A stretch of DNA of 64,000 nucleotides. Origin: Octopus vulgaris (lineage: Eukaryota). The stretch lies in contig OX597814.1 of NCBI GenBank assembly GCA_951406725.2, positions 22,258,001 to 22,322,000 on the forward strand, given 5' to 3'. Below the pieces are notes generated by a model. That model saw only the letters and a program-made list of their open reading frames with translations. It was not told the DNA's origin and did not search any database. Numbering within the stretch: the stretch's first letter is position 1; each line of letters opens with the position of its first letter. A program made the position numbers and the translations under genes. This document shows positions 53,545 through 64,000 of the stretch, in pieces.

Positions 53545-53718
53545 GTTCTATATTTAAGAGATGAGGAATTATGTACATTATTTGCATTCGACGGATATTT
53601 GTCCTTTTTTGTTGTTGTTGTTGTTAACACGTTACGGCTGATATACCCTCCAGCCTTCTTCAGGTGTCTTGGGGGAGATTTCGAACCTGGGTTCTCATTC
53701 CTAAGGAATTTTTCGATG

Positions 53719-53759
<41 letters not shown>

Positions 53760-53820
53760 GTTCAGGTCACTGCTTGGAATCGAACTCGGAATTTTAGGGT
53801 TAGTAGCTTGCCCTCTTATC
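53545..53820 (-). mobile_element. tRNA-headed repeat (type C): tRNA-like head, (AAT)n spacer, body with hammerhead-like motif
   Basis: Minus: ...gctactaaccctaaaattccgagttcgattccaagcagtgacctgaac(aat)n aacatcgaaaaattccttaggaatgagaacccagg...cctgaagaaggctgg. Confidence 0.7.
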
Positions 53821-53825
53821 CCCAC

Positions 53826-53911
53826 GGGTATATGGCGTAGTGGTTGAGAGCGAGGGCTACTAACCCCAAGATTCCGAGTTCGATTCTACGCAGTGACCTA
53901 ATAATAATAAC

Positions 53912-53951
<40 letters not shown>
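53826..53951 (+). mobile_element. tRNA-like head of the same family in inverted orientation, with (AAT)n
   Basis: tggcgtagtgg (A box), ggctactaacc (anticodon-like arm), gagttcgattc (B box); acceptor stem not convincing. Confidence 0.7.
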
Positions 53952-53952
<1 letters not shown>

Positions 53953-54464
53953 ATGTCAGGTAAAAAAAAAACGGAAAACGAAAAACGGAAAATAAAAAAA
54001 TTAAAATAAAAAACTAAATGTAGAAAGTAAAAAAAACTTAAATGAGTTATCTCCCTTAGACCTTAGATTATAAAGCTGGAAAGATATGAAGTTAATCAGA
54101 TATTATCTAATTTCAAGGCTGTGTCTAAAAAGATTAACTGCAATAAGGTTAGTGTCTTCTATTTTCCTGAAATTATTTAATCAGATTTTCCATAAATCTA
54201 TCATACCTATGACTGTTCAAATTTCTCAATGAGATCAATCCATCATCACGATATAATCATATAATCAGGATGCATAAGAAGTGAATACAGATTTATTAAA
54301 TCTATATGATGTCTCCATGATTACAGCCGTTTCGTAGTCTTCTCAGTCTAGTATTATTTATTTCATCATTCCATATTATATATGTACATTTTACTTCAAT
54401 ATGCATACTAAGCATTATATGATTGTATGTCATGTAGAAATATACGTAAGAGAAACTTTCACAG

Positions 54465-54503
<39 letters not shown>

Positions 54504-54933
54504 GAACATCATCTTTCAACTCACTAAGTTGTATCCATGATGCTGCAGAGGTAGAATACACAAACAGACTGAAGCTGCGGTAAACAATGATGTATGTCGC
54601 TGAGAAATGTTTATCACAAGTTCGCATATGGCGTGTACCCTTGCATAGTATAAATAAAATACTTTAAAACACGTATGCGGTCGCCTGCTAGAAGTAAGAG
54701 CTATATCTCTCTCACATCATATCCAACCGTCTAAAACATGAAACAGTAGATAGACACTGTAGGGCCTGGTTTAGAAAACTAATGATGTAATCGTCTCTGG
54801 GGTGATATCTTTGATATGGGTTCCATGAAGGTGATGTAGTACTAAACAACAACAACAGCATATACACAAAAGCAAAACCATAAATACCCTCAAAATTATT
54901 AATAAATTGTGCTTCATTTTAAATGTATATATC

Positions 54934-55269
54934 TCAAACATTAAAATAATTAAAATTCCATGTTCGTTGATTGGCTTCGAATACATGTTTTGGCCTTGTG
55001 TCGTATCCAAATTGTAAACAGTCATCTTTTAGAAGAACCTCTAACTGATCTAAAACATCCATTGGTACTGTACTATAAGAGTAAGACATTGCTTCATTTT
55101 TGATGACTTTTAAACTTTTATCATTTTTTGAAACCAGACTGGCATCTTTAATAGTATCTAAAAATTCTTGTTTAGTTACAAATAATGTCTGGTTATTGGT
55201 AAAAGGGAAATCTAAATCCATACTGACGAATCCTCGAATCTGAGCTCTTCGCCATGTGCGGCGCAAAAT
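54934..55269 (-). CDS. Carbohydrate sulfotransferase (Sulfotransfer_2 family), last coding exon
   Basis: Acceptor ttttcag|ATT TTG CGC at 55270/55269 is phase 0, matching the donor at 56008. Encodes ILRRTWRRAQIRG...DDCLQFGYD... with the family's C-terminal D...FGY motif; TGA at 54936-54934. Confidence 0.85.
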   Translation of the reverse strand: MLRRTWRRAQIRGFVSMDLDFPFTNNQTLFVTKQEFLDTIKDASLVSKNDKSLKVIKNEAMSYSYSTVPMDVLDQLEVLLKDDCLQFGYDTRPKHVFEANQRTWNFNYFNV

Positions 55270-55314
55270 CTGAAAATTTAAGAAACATGAGTATAATAAA
55301 TAGAGAATATTATA

Positions 55315-55520
55315 TTGGTTTCAAATTTTGGCAAAATGCTAGGAATTTCGGGAAGGGGCTAAGTCGATTACATAGACCGCTTACACTTAACTGGTGCTTA
55401 TTTTATCGACCTCGTAAACATGAAAAGCAAAATCAACCTTGACGGAGTTTGAACATAGACGGACAAAATGCCGCATAGCAATTTTCCCGACGTACTAAAG
55501 GTTCTACCAGCTCACCACCC
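55315..55520 (-). mobile_element. SINE type B inside the sulfotransferase intron
   Basis: ggtttcaaattttggc...aagtcgattacat...ttttatcgacc...gagtttgaac...ccagctcacc. Confidence 0.75.
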
Positions 55521-56008
55521 TAATAGTGCGTATATTGAAGACTACGAACATTCACAACAATATCGATTAAACATTTTTACTAAGCACAATGGCTTATATC
55601 TAACAAGAAAAAGGAGCACACATTAGAACTCCTATTTTCATACAATCATTTGTAGCAGAGTGGTCTAAGTTGAAATTGGGTTGCATCCTAGTTTTCCCGG
55701 TAGCTTAACTATTGTTACAGAGTGATCAACTCGACATAATGGCCATCTCTCTATGTAAAATGGGAATTTATTAAATAACAAAAAGTGTCGATTTTAGAGC
55801 ACAGTACGAAATGAAACTGCTTGTCTTTCATGCTTTTAATGATTTTGTGTGACAGTAAACAAAGATGAAAACAGCTTACAGATGCAGCTTTTTGTGAGCT
55901 TACCTTTAGCCTATGATACTCTCGCTAACCAATTCATTACTTAATTTGTGGCGGATTATTAAGTAGGTCACTATTTTCAAATAAAGACATACAAGGCTTG
56001 TCACTTAC

Positions 56009-57031
56009 TTGCGAGAAATCCACACATGTATTATTCTTGGTATGAAAGGCGTAGTCAACGACAGCTGTAAGATCATCTTCAACCCTCTCAGTTACCAAAT
56101 TTTCGACTGGCATTCTATGACTTTCACCAATTTCTTCAAACATTAAATTCAAATCAGGGACAAAAGTATCGAGTTTCCCTATGATATCATACTTGATATT
56201 ACAGGTACCACACAGATCATGCATCATACCAAAATGATAATTTTTTTTTACATTCTTCAGATTTGAATGGATGACATAACGCAAAAATTCTTCAAAAGTT
56301 ACATCAAGAGGACATATAATACTTGAATTTTTAACCACACTTTTCCTGAAAGTTTTAATAATATAAGTACACAGGGTTTTAAACATTTGTCGTGGCATGA
56401 AAATTTTGTCGAGATAACCTGAAAAAAGGCGTGTATAAGGATCCCGAACAAAAACTACTTTCTTGTAAGCCCTCAAGACTGCGGCATTTTCTCTGGGACG
56501 AGTCGAAAGGAGATCTATTGGCAACATGTGTATTTTGGTTGGTGCTATATCATACGGACTAGAAATATTCTGATATTTCCCATTGAGAATCAACATAAGG
56601 CGTTTAAAGAATGTGCAGCCAACTTTAGGGATGTAGCAGAATACCATTTTATGTTGGTGGTTCACAAGCATCAGATAATTAAGCGGAGGGCGTCTGACAC
56701 CATGTCGCTGACACTGACCATTTAGTAATTGTTTCCGTTTAAAGTTTTGCTCTCTCGTTGCGTTCGATGAAAATAGCCCTGGTCTTTTTTTGGCTAAATT
56801 TCTTGAAAATTTAAGACCTTTTGATAGTAAATGTGGTGCTTTTGTTTGTAGTTTCTCCTTGATGGGATTTGTTTGAAACAATTTGCTATTAATTGTTTCC
56901 CTGAGCTTCAGTTGATATGTGTTAGAAAACTCTGTTGGAATTGTCGCCGATCCTGGAATGATCTGTTGATAGAATGAAGAGACAAAAGTAAATCCTTTTG
57001 CAATGTATAGACAGAAAAATAAATAGCACAT
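56009..57031 (-). CDS. Carbohydrate sulfotransferase (HNK-1ST / CHST8-14, CHST11-like), main coding exon; true start uncertain (57031, or 57128 with a frameshift)
   Basis: 375-aa ORF with N-terminal hydrophobic anchor, 5'-PSB motif CYIPKVGCTFFKR, 3'-PB motif FVRDPYTRLFSGY, TFEEFL, C..C.IKYDIIGKLDT; donor CAA|GTAAGT at 56009/56008. Confidence 0.92.
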
Positions 57032-57353
57032 TATCAGCACAATAGCGGAAATACACACAGACACACTTACATATACAATTTATTTGATTCTCTATAAAAA
57101 TGTTTGTGGTAATCATGAGAGTATACATTTTAGATTGTAAAGGTCTTTATCTAATATATCTCCTGGGGTTAAAGAGAATTTAAAAGAAACTTTAAGCAAT
57201 TTCAAAATAAATAATAACCATAAAACATGAATATAAAAGTAAAAGATAAAGAGAAAAAATATAGTTTAGAGAACTGCGCTTAATGTGTATCACCCCACTC
57301 ACTTCCTTCTTCCTTTATTAGCAGACCATGCTCCATTTCAGTATATCTAAATT

Positions 57354-57380
57354 TCCTCTCTCTCTCTCTCTCTCTCTGTT

Positions 57381-57467
<87 letters not shown>
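57354..57467. repeat. (CT)n(CA)n microsatellite
   Basis: Directly visible. Confidence 0.95.
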
Positions 57468-57468
<1 letters not shown>

Positions 57469-57955
57469 TGTGAAGCGTTTGTTTCAAACATTTTGAAATC
57501 TCTTATCTGTGAAGTCAGAGGGTAGTCAGAATTAGCTTCATAAATATCCCTTACTTTCTGGACAACTATGTACTTCATTACATGTTCAGTGTTCTTATTT
57601 TATGTTTTGGGACAACAAACTAATCGCTATTCTCAGGATTTTGTTTTTCCAGTTTACCACTGATTAGCTTGCTTATCCACAATAAGATAAGCGTCATTGC
57701 TGTTGTTTGACTCTGGTGTAGGTCTGATAGCGTATAGTTGTCATCATCAAAGGCGTTACAATTGTTTCCAGACTCTGTCATCTTTTTAAAGAACCGGATG
57801 CCGTTTGTGGATGTGATCAAAATACTACAATTATTATGTTCAATAGTGCGCTCTATGATTTGTATCGAACACAAGCTACGAAATTAGATGATTTTGGAGA
57901 CGTAATGGTTATGATTACAATAAATTTGAATGAAAACCTTGATGAAAATTGTTGT

Positions 57956-58259
57956 TTTTGTTTGTTCCTTCTCGAGCCATGCCTGGCTCATAAGGGCCGG
58001 TTTCCCGGTTTCTTTGGCGTATAGGTTCCTCACCTGGACGGGGCGCCGGTCCATCGCAGGTGAGCTGCAAGATGCAGGAGGAAAGAGTGAGAAAGTTGTG
58101 GCGAAAGTATCAGTAGAAGTTCGCCATTACCTTCTGCCGGAGCCGCGCGGAGCTTAGGTGTTTCGCTCATAAACACACACATCGTCCGGTCTGATATTCG
58201 AACCCGCGATCTCTCGACCGCGAGTCCACTGCTCTAACCACTAGGCCATGTGCCTCCAC
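57956..58259 (-). mobile_element. tRNA-derived SINE type D with V-domain-like central block
   Basis: Head gtggaggcacatggcctagtggttagagc...gcgggttcgaat; block cctgcgatggaccggcgccccgtccagg resembles the V-SINE core; tail (AAAC)n. Confidence 0.75.
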
Positions 58260-59754
58260 TTGATGAAAATTGGGACCCGTTGATAACTCATTTCTGATTT
58301 CCGACCCTGGACTGCAACTATCAGAAGTTATAGCCGATCATATCATATAAACCAGTCGTTTGCATTTCACTACACGGTTACTTATATTCCTTACACTTTA
58401 CATTGTCCAAAATAATGTTGTACATCGTATTATTAAATAAGTAATATTAAATAAGAACTGAGCTTAGAACAATTCAAAAAATTCTATGACTGAAAATCGT
58501 TCAGATAATAATCTATATTACCCACGAATATCTGAATGAGCCTGGGATTTTCTGACTGAAAAAATAAAACATTCACATCAGGATCTCATTAGTTTGTAAA
58601 CAGTGAAATTCTAAATTTCAGGCAATTTCCATAGACACGATGACTCTTATGAACTCATTCTCGTAAACGCTTTTAAATGTCAACCCTGGCACTATGATGG
58701 TTACTTATCTTGTTAACAATGAGTTGGAGAAAGATAAATTTCAATACAATCTTAAAATTTGACTATGTACCACAGCTGGCTCGTTAAACTAGTTGTTGCT
58801 GCCATTTGATAACGCTTGCATGCATAAAATCAAATGACCGAGTTTGATTAATAAATTTCAGTATTCCAGTCGTATCATGTATTAGTCGGAATGAGGACCA
58901 CACAACCCGATCTGTGTGCAGAAAATGAAATCCGTCTGATTCCATTTTCTCGCCTTCTTAAATTTTCCTTTGAGAAAATAAATTAATTAGCTAGTAACAA
59001 GCAAGTTTTGATTTAAAATGCGGGCATTTTAAGTGCAAGTCTATCAACACAACACAAATTTCAAAAATAGCTATGTGTGAATACACCCACCACACACAAA
59101 CACCTTCCACACATTTCTTTAGCTGTTTATACGTATTTGTATGTATGTGTGTGTGTGTTTTTGTGTCTTTCAATACTTAGACAACGCAACACAGATTTTT
59201 AAAAAGACTTTCACTTTCAACACTTTATGAAGGTACGTGCATGATTAACAAATATTTTTACCAGCGGCGTAGCTACGGAAACGACCTAGTAAATTATTAC
59301 ACGCAAGAATTCATTTTGGTGGTTTAATTTCAACTGCTTTATGTTCAGTTATTGTCCAGATGGTCGAATGTTTATTTTTCTTTCTGTGGTCAATAAAATA
59401 AATACTAATAAAATGTCAACGCAGATTAATCTATAATCCATCATCTTACAAATTCAGCGTTGCCTTGTGTATATATGCCACACGAATTAATGACTGTAAC
59501 GTGTTTGTTACACACTCGTTTATCATTCTACAAAGAAATAGTTAATTATATATTGCAAATGTGAGCCAAAGAACTTTATTCTTTCTGTATATAGTAGATG
59601 GCAACGCCGTGTGTTCAAGATATGCTTTTCGCTCAGTTCAATCATTCTGCGAAGCACTTTAGAGTAGTGTTTTCTATCATAGCTTCGCGTTGATCAGTGC
59701 GTTCTGAGTGAATCGGAAATAGAAAACGTGTGTGAAGGGTGTATGTATGCATAC

Positions 59755-59887
59755 ATGCAAAAGGTTTTCGAGTTCAAAATATGTGCTTGTTTTGTTATCT
59801 AGATTCCAAGAATAGAGCTTTGCATCTTTGTTAGAAACCACTCCTTCCTTACAGGAAGATATCAAATAACTACAAGTAGAAGAGAAC

Positions 59888-59888
<1 letters not shown>
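59755..59888 (+). mobile_element. R4/Dong-like LINE 3' end followed by (ATAC)n
   Basis: ttgttatctagattccaagaatagagctttgcatctttgttagaaaccactccttcc is homologous to the 3' UTR at 61443-61560 (minus). Confidence 0.75.
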
Positions 59889-59918
<30 letters not shown>

Positions 59919-60188
59919 CATACATACATACAAACATACATACATACATACATACATACATACTACAATATCAGAAAGGAGAAAGCTAATTCGAAGACTA
60001 CAGATCCTATTTATCACTGGAACTGTAAAAATCTGTAACACTTTCCAGAAGTTTATCATTTAGATATGTATGAACATGTCTAGATATGTAACTGTACGCA
60101 TGAGAATACATACATACGTACATGCATTCATACGCACATACATGCATGCATACATACATACTTACATACATACATACATACATACATA

Positions 60189-60219
<31 letters not shown>

Positions 60220-60220
60220 C

Positions 60221-60255
<35 letters not shown>

Positions 60256-60273
60256 CATACATACATACATACA

Positions 60274-60303
<30 letters not shown>
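59889..60303. repeat. (ATAC)n/(TA)n microsatellite field with an embedded LINE fragment
   Basis: Directly visible arrays at 59889-59963 and 60106-60303. Confidence 0.9.
59965..60105 (+). mobile_element. R4/Dong-like LINE ORF C-terminus and 3' UTR between (ATAC)n arrays
   Basis: Translates ISERRKLIRRLQILFITGTVKICNTFQKFII*, homologous to LQIQSVNGTVKLCKTF at ~61620-61570 (minus). Confidence 0.75.
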
Positions 60304-60306
<3 letters not shown>

Positions 60307-60640
60307 TTCAGGGTAGCAAAGAAAAAATTAGAAAATTTCTTTGCTACCAGTGGTCTGGCGAGAAGAAAAAAACTAGTCAATAGACTATATATTATTCATA
60401 TAAAAATACAGTGTACATTGTGTTTAAATGTACACTGTATTTATATATATATATAAATGATAGATCGGGAGCGACTACACACATTTTTTTCTCTCCTTGT
60501 TTTTTTCTGTGTCCCTTTCTGTAGAAGAGCGTCGGCTCGAAACGTAAAAGACTTTTTCTATTCCTGAGCGTTATACTAATACATCTGTTTGTTTTGTACA
60601 CGACCTGTCTTCGTCTTTTGTATTTTTCGTGAACTCTCTC

Positions 60641-60689
<49 letters not shown>

Positions 60690-60879
60690 TGCTCATATAC
60701 GGACTTGCACATATGCATTTTATTTGAGTTGTAAGTTGTTCATAAGAGATAACCGGTCGGTAACAAAGCGGCAAGACTTTTTGAGTTGAAGTTCATGGAG
60801 TTTGTAAATTTGTAGTGTAGTTGGTTGAACATATTCTCAATCTGGGATTCTTTAGATGATTTGATCCGCACTCAAGTTT

Positions 60880-61331
60880 ATGCATCGAAACATCTAAAGA
60901 ATCTCAGATTGAAGATATTTGTAATGTCGAACAAATTATTACTGAACCGCTAATAGACTGAATTTGGAGATCCTCGTCAGTTTCTTTAGATCCAACTTCG
61001 AAACACCTAATATTTCTAAGATTTTGTGTAAATTTGTCGGTACATAGCCTAATGGGCCTATAATTATAGATACAAATGAGAATTCATAGTCAAGACACGT
61101 AAGATGTAAATTTCGCATTAATTCCGTATAAAACAATATCATATCTGTTATATTTTGCACCGAATTGCTGTTTTTATAGGAGTGTTCTACCAGTATTCTC
61201 TGTTTTTAATGGTGTGAATATATGATGATTCTGACATGCCTTTGATATATGTGTCAGGGCAATCTTTTCTGCTGGTAGCGTTGTAAATAGTCTTTGCACC
61301 TATATTATGCTTCAAGGGCAGATAATATATC
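60880..61331 (-). pseudogene. R4/Dong-like (RLE) LINE ORF fragment, 5'-truncated at an (ATAC)n array
   Basis: YYLPLKHNIGAKTIYNA..KDCP, NREYW, ELMRNLHL..DYEFSFVSIIIGPLGYVP. Confidence 0.78.
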
Positions 61332-61442
61332 GTATGTATGTATGTATGTATGTATGTATGTATGTATGTATGTATGTATGTATGTATGTATGTATGTATG
61401 TATGTATGTATGTATGTATGTATGTATGTATGTATGTATGTA
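61332..61442. repeat. Perfect (GTAT)n / (ATAC)n array
   Basis: About 110 bp of uninterrupted gtat units. Confidence 0.97.
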
Positions 61443-62525
61443 TACATGTCTCTTCTGTATTTAATCTTTCAAATTCTTCCTCTGAAGAAGGAGCTGGTTT
61501 CTAACCAAGATACAAAGCTTCATCTCTGGAATGTAGATAACGAAAACAATGTCACATTTTAAAATTGGGAAATGTCTTGCATAGTTTTACTGTTCCGTTT
61601 ACAGATTGTATTTGTAACGAGCGAATCAGTTGGTTGATTTCTTTTTCTGAAAATCGAAGCTTATCCAGACTGTCAGTTAGGCATTTACTTAGAAAATCAA
61701 GTGCTCCAATTATTATTGGTCTGAACGTAAATTTGTTATCCGGATATAGGAGCTAGAGGTTTCGAAGTAATTGTCCATAATTATCTTCTTTCTCTTCGAT
61801 TTTCATAGAGATATTTACATCAGCTGGACAACTGACCTCTATGACGATACGTACATTTTCTTTTGTGTCCCAAACAACATCCGGCCTGTTATGTTTACAC
61901 TTGACCGATATTTTGATAGGAATGTTCTACCAGTATTCCTTGTGCTGGCATTTGAGTACGTATTCAATAACAGCGGGTTCTTTATATTTATAGTAGGACA
62001 GTCTTTTTTCTGAATAGCATTGTATATTGTTTTTGCGACAACGTCATGTCTCACAGAGAGGGAGTACCTTGATGACATTTTTGGGCAGCTACTAATCACC
62101 CATGTGATGACTTCAACAGAAGTATGACATTATCTACATTGACGGTTGCATCTTGGAACTACGAAGGCTTCACTGTCTCTTTTGTTGATTAGGCATTTTG
62201 TAGCAATCTCCTGTTTTTGGATTGCAAATGCATAACCTTCGAAGTGTGATGTAATACAGCGGTCATGAGTCCAAGAGAGGCTTCGCTTCATGTCAATGTT
62301 ACTATCTTCTTCAAGTCTGCGAGAAACATACCCATGCATGATCTTTTGTTTTGGTATGCTGAGTGTTTCACTTTCAGATCTTCTTTGAGGTATGCATGTC
62401 CGGCTGATTTGGGGTTGTATGGGAGGTCATCAGGAAGAGAGTACTTCCTGAGTGGCTCACTTCCAACACGTAGGATATTGTTTTCTTCACTTTTCAGCAT
62501 TAAGTTAATGCATTTACGTTTGTTG
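61443..62525 (-). pseudogene. R4/Dong-like (RLE-encoding) LINE: ORF C-terminal part and 3' UTR
   Basis: MHGY, EGYAFAIQKQEIATK, zinc-knuckle region CR..C...ISSCP, RHDVVAKTIY, KHNRPD (PD of the RLE), VSCPADVNI, PIIIGAL, GTVKLCKTF; frameshifts and stops. Confidence 0.85.
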
Positions 62526-62535
62526 CTGATGCTAG

Positions 62536-62566
<31 letters not shown>

Positions 62567-62999
62567 AAGAAACAAGACGGGTAATGGTGATTAGGTGATG
62601 GTCTAGGGTTTTAGGGGCGGGTGACCCCAGACCTTGGAAAAAAAAAAAAACTTTGGTTGTCTTGTTGTAGTCGAGGGCTCTTCGTTGACGCCCGACACTG
62701 CTGGGTGGTGGCCCTCGAAGTCGCTGGAAATGGAGATCTCCAGGCCCAAATTCCTGAACGGTTGCAGCTGCTGCTGTTTACAATTACTGCAGCTGTTATT
62801 TACAAGTGTTGACTAAGACAGACTATGCAACATTAGAAGGCTGTCCACGCTGATCTCAAGCCTTTTCCTCCTTTATTACTTATTATGTAAAGCTGTTGAT
62901 ATCACTATTTTTGTGGATATTTTCAGTTAATGTTAGAATCTTGCGGGTTTTAATATCTACGGAGTGGATTTCTTCAACAGACCAGTCAAGTATCCCAAA

Positions 63000-63211
63000 T
63001 TTTGGAATCAGAACTGTAAAGGCATTGCAGGGTATTGTCTTGTTGTAAGAGGAGAGTTCGGACTACCATATGTTTCTTAGTCTGGTTTAATATTCATGGA
63101 ACACTGTATGTTTATTCAAAGTACCTTGGTATGATGTATTTCCATCAATACCAAAGTACTTTGCATTCTTTGCGTACGAACACACACATACACACACACG
63201 TACACACGCGT

Positions 63212-63281
<70 letters not shown>

Positions 63282-63580
63282 GCACACGCACAAATATCTG
63301 GGATGTTGCAGCCCTCCCTTTATCATTGAAATTATATATACTCTCAACCGTCATGCTACATACAAACCCAACGTGGAAAATATATGACGGCATCAACGAT
63401 AAAAGAGTCCCAATACATGCCATTCTAGAAACCATAGACTCCATTTTTCGCTGCATGCTTAAATAAAAAATACTCAGCATCTGTTGAAGGAACAACACTA
63501 AATGCTGGTCGCCAAATTTATGTTGTAGAAAAGAACAACACTTCCTGAATATGTATGACATACAAACGTTCTCTTACCCT
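63000..63580 (+). pseudogene. Highly decayed RTE-like ORF2 fragment split by (CA)n at 63180-63290
   Basis: NIWDVAALPLSLKLYILSTVMLHTNPTW...FRCMLK*KILSI resembles the RTE pattern K..LY...V.S.LLYG.ETW...CLR.IL.I. Confidence 0.45.
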
Positions 63581-63653
63581 TCTTTCAAGAAACCACTCCA
63601 TTCCTCTGTTTAACATAGACAGCCTTATTGGCAGATAACATTACGATCATATT

Positions 63654-63851
63654 CTCTTTTACTCTTTTACTTGTTTCAGTCATTTGACAGTGGCCATGCC
63701 GGAGCACCGCTTTTAGTCGAGCAAGTCGACCCCAGGACTTATTCTTTGTAAGCCTAGTACTTATTCTATCGGTCTCTTTTTGCCGAACCGCTAAGTTACA
63801 GGGACGTATGCTGGGGGGAGGGGACAAACACAAATACACAAACATATACAC

Positions 63852-63895
<44 letters not shown>

Positions 63896-64000
63896 GACGG
63901 GCTTCTTTCACTTTCCGTCTACGAAATCTACTCACAAGGCTTTGGTCGGCCCGAGGCTATAGTAGAGAAGACACTTCCCCAAGGTGCCCCGCAGTGGGAC
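63654..64000 (-). mobile_element. SINE type A (head runs off the window)
   Basis: ctctttttactcttttacttgtttcagtcatttgac...gaagacacttccccaaggtgccccgcagtgggac. Confidence 0.9.

Noticed and set aside
53826-53900. Functional tRNA gene
   Set aside because: A/B boxes are present, but there is no good acceptor stem and it is followed by (AAT)n; better explained as a SINE-type head.
55937-56008. ORF tail VSDKPCMSLF...QIK* as the protein C-terminus
   Set aside because: It starts at a consensus GTAAGT donor, and the conserved FGY end is in the phase-compatible exon 55269-54934.

Overview
AT-rich, microsatellite-dense eukaryotic (metazoan) genomic DNA. The SINE/LINE/Tc1-mariner content looks like a cephalopod (Octopus-type) genome; this is an inference, not a database result. 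Most of 1-45.7 kb is duplicated: 1-9989 recurs at 11889-21858, and 17676-31661 recurs at 31762-45754 across a 100-N scaffold gap (the latter is probably an unmerged haplotype/contig overlap). The only host gene I can support is a minus-strand carbohydrate sulfotransferase (Sulfotransfer_2 / HNK-1ST-CHST8-14 family) with two coding exons (57031-56009, 55269-54934) and a suspicious 5' frame discontinuity. The rest is decayed mobile DNA: mariner, Tc1, maT-like and an intron-containing Chapaev3-like DNA transposon, a hAT MITE, RTE, CR1-group, Tx1/L1 and R4/Dong-like LINE fragments, at least four tRNA-derived SINE types, several foldback elements and simple repeats. Most short ORFs in the track are microsatellite or repeat artefacts. 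The most interesting signals are an R4/Dong-like LINE family tied to (ATAC)n arrays, a higher-order minisatellite inside RTE 3' tails, foldback elements, and degenerate hammerhead-like motifs. I see no convincing new multi-gene system. Repeat boundaries were read by eye and are approximate.
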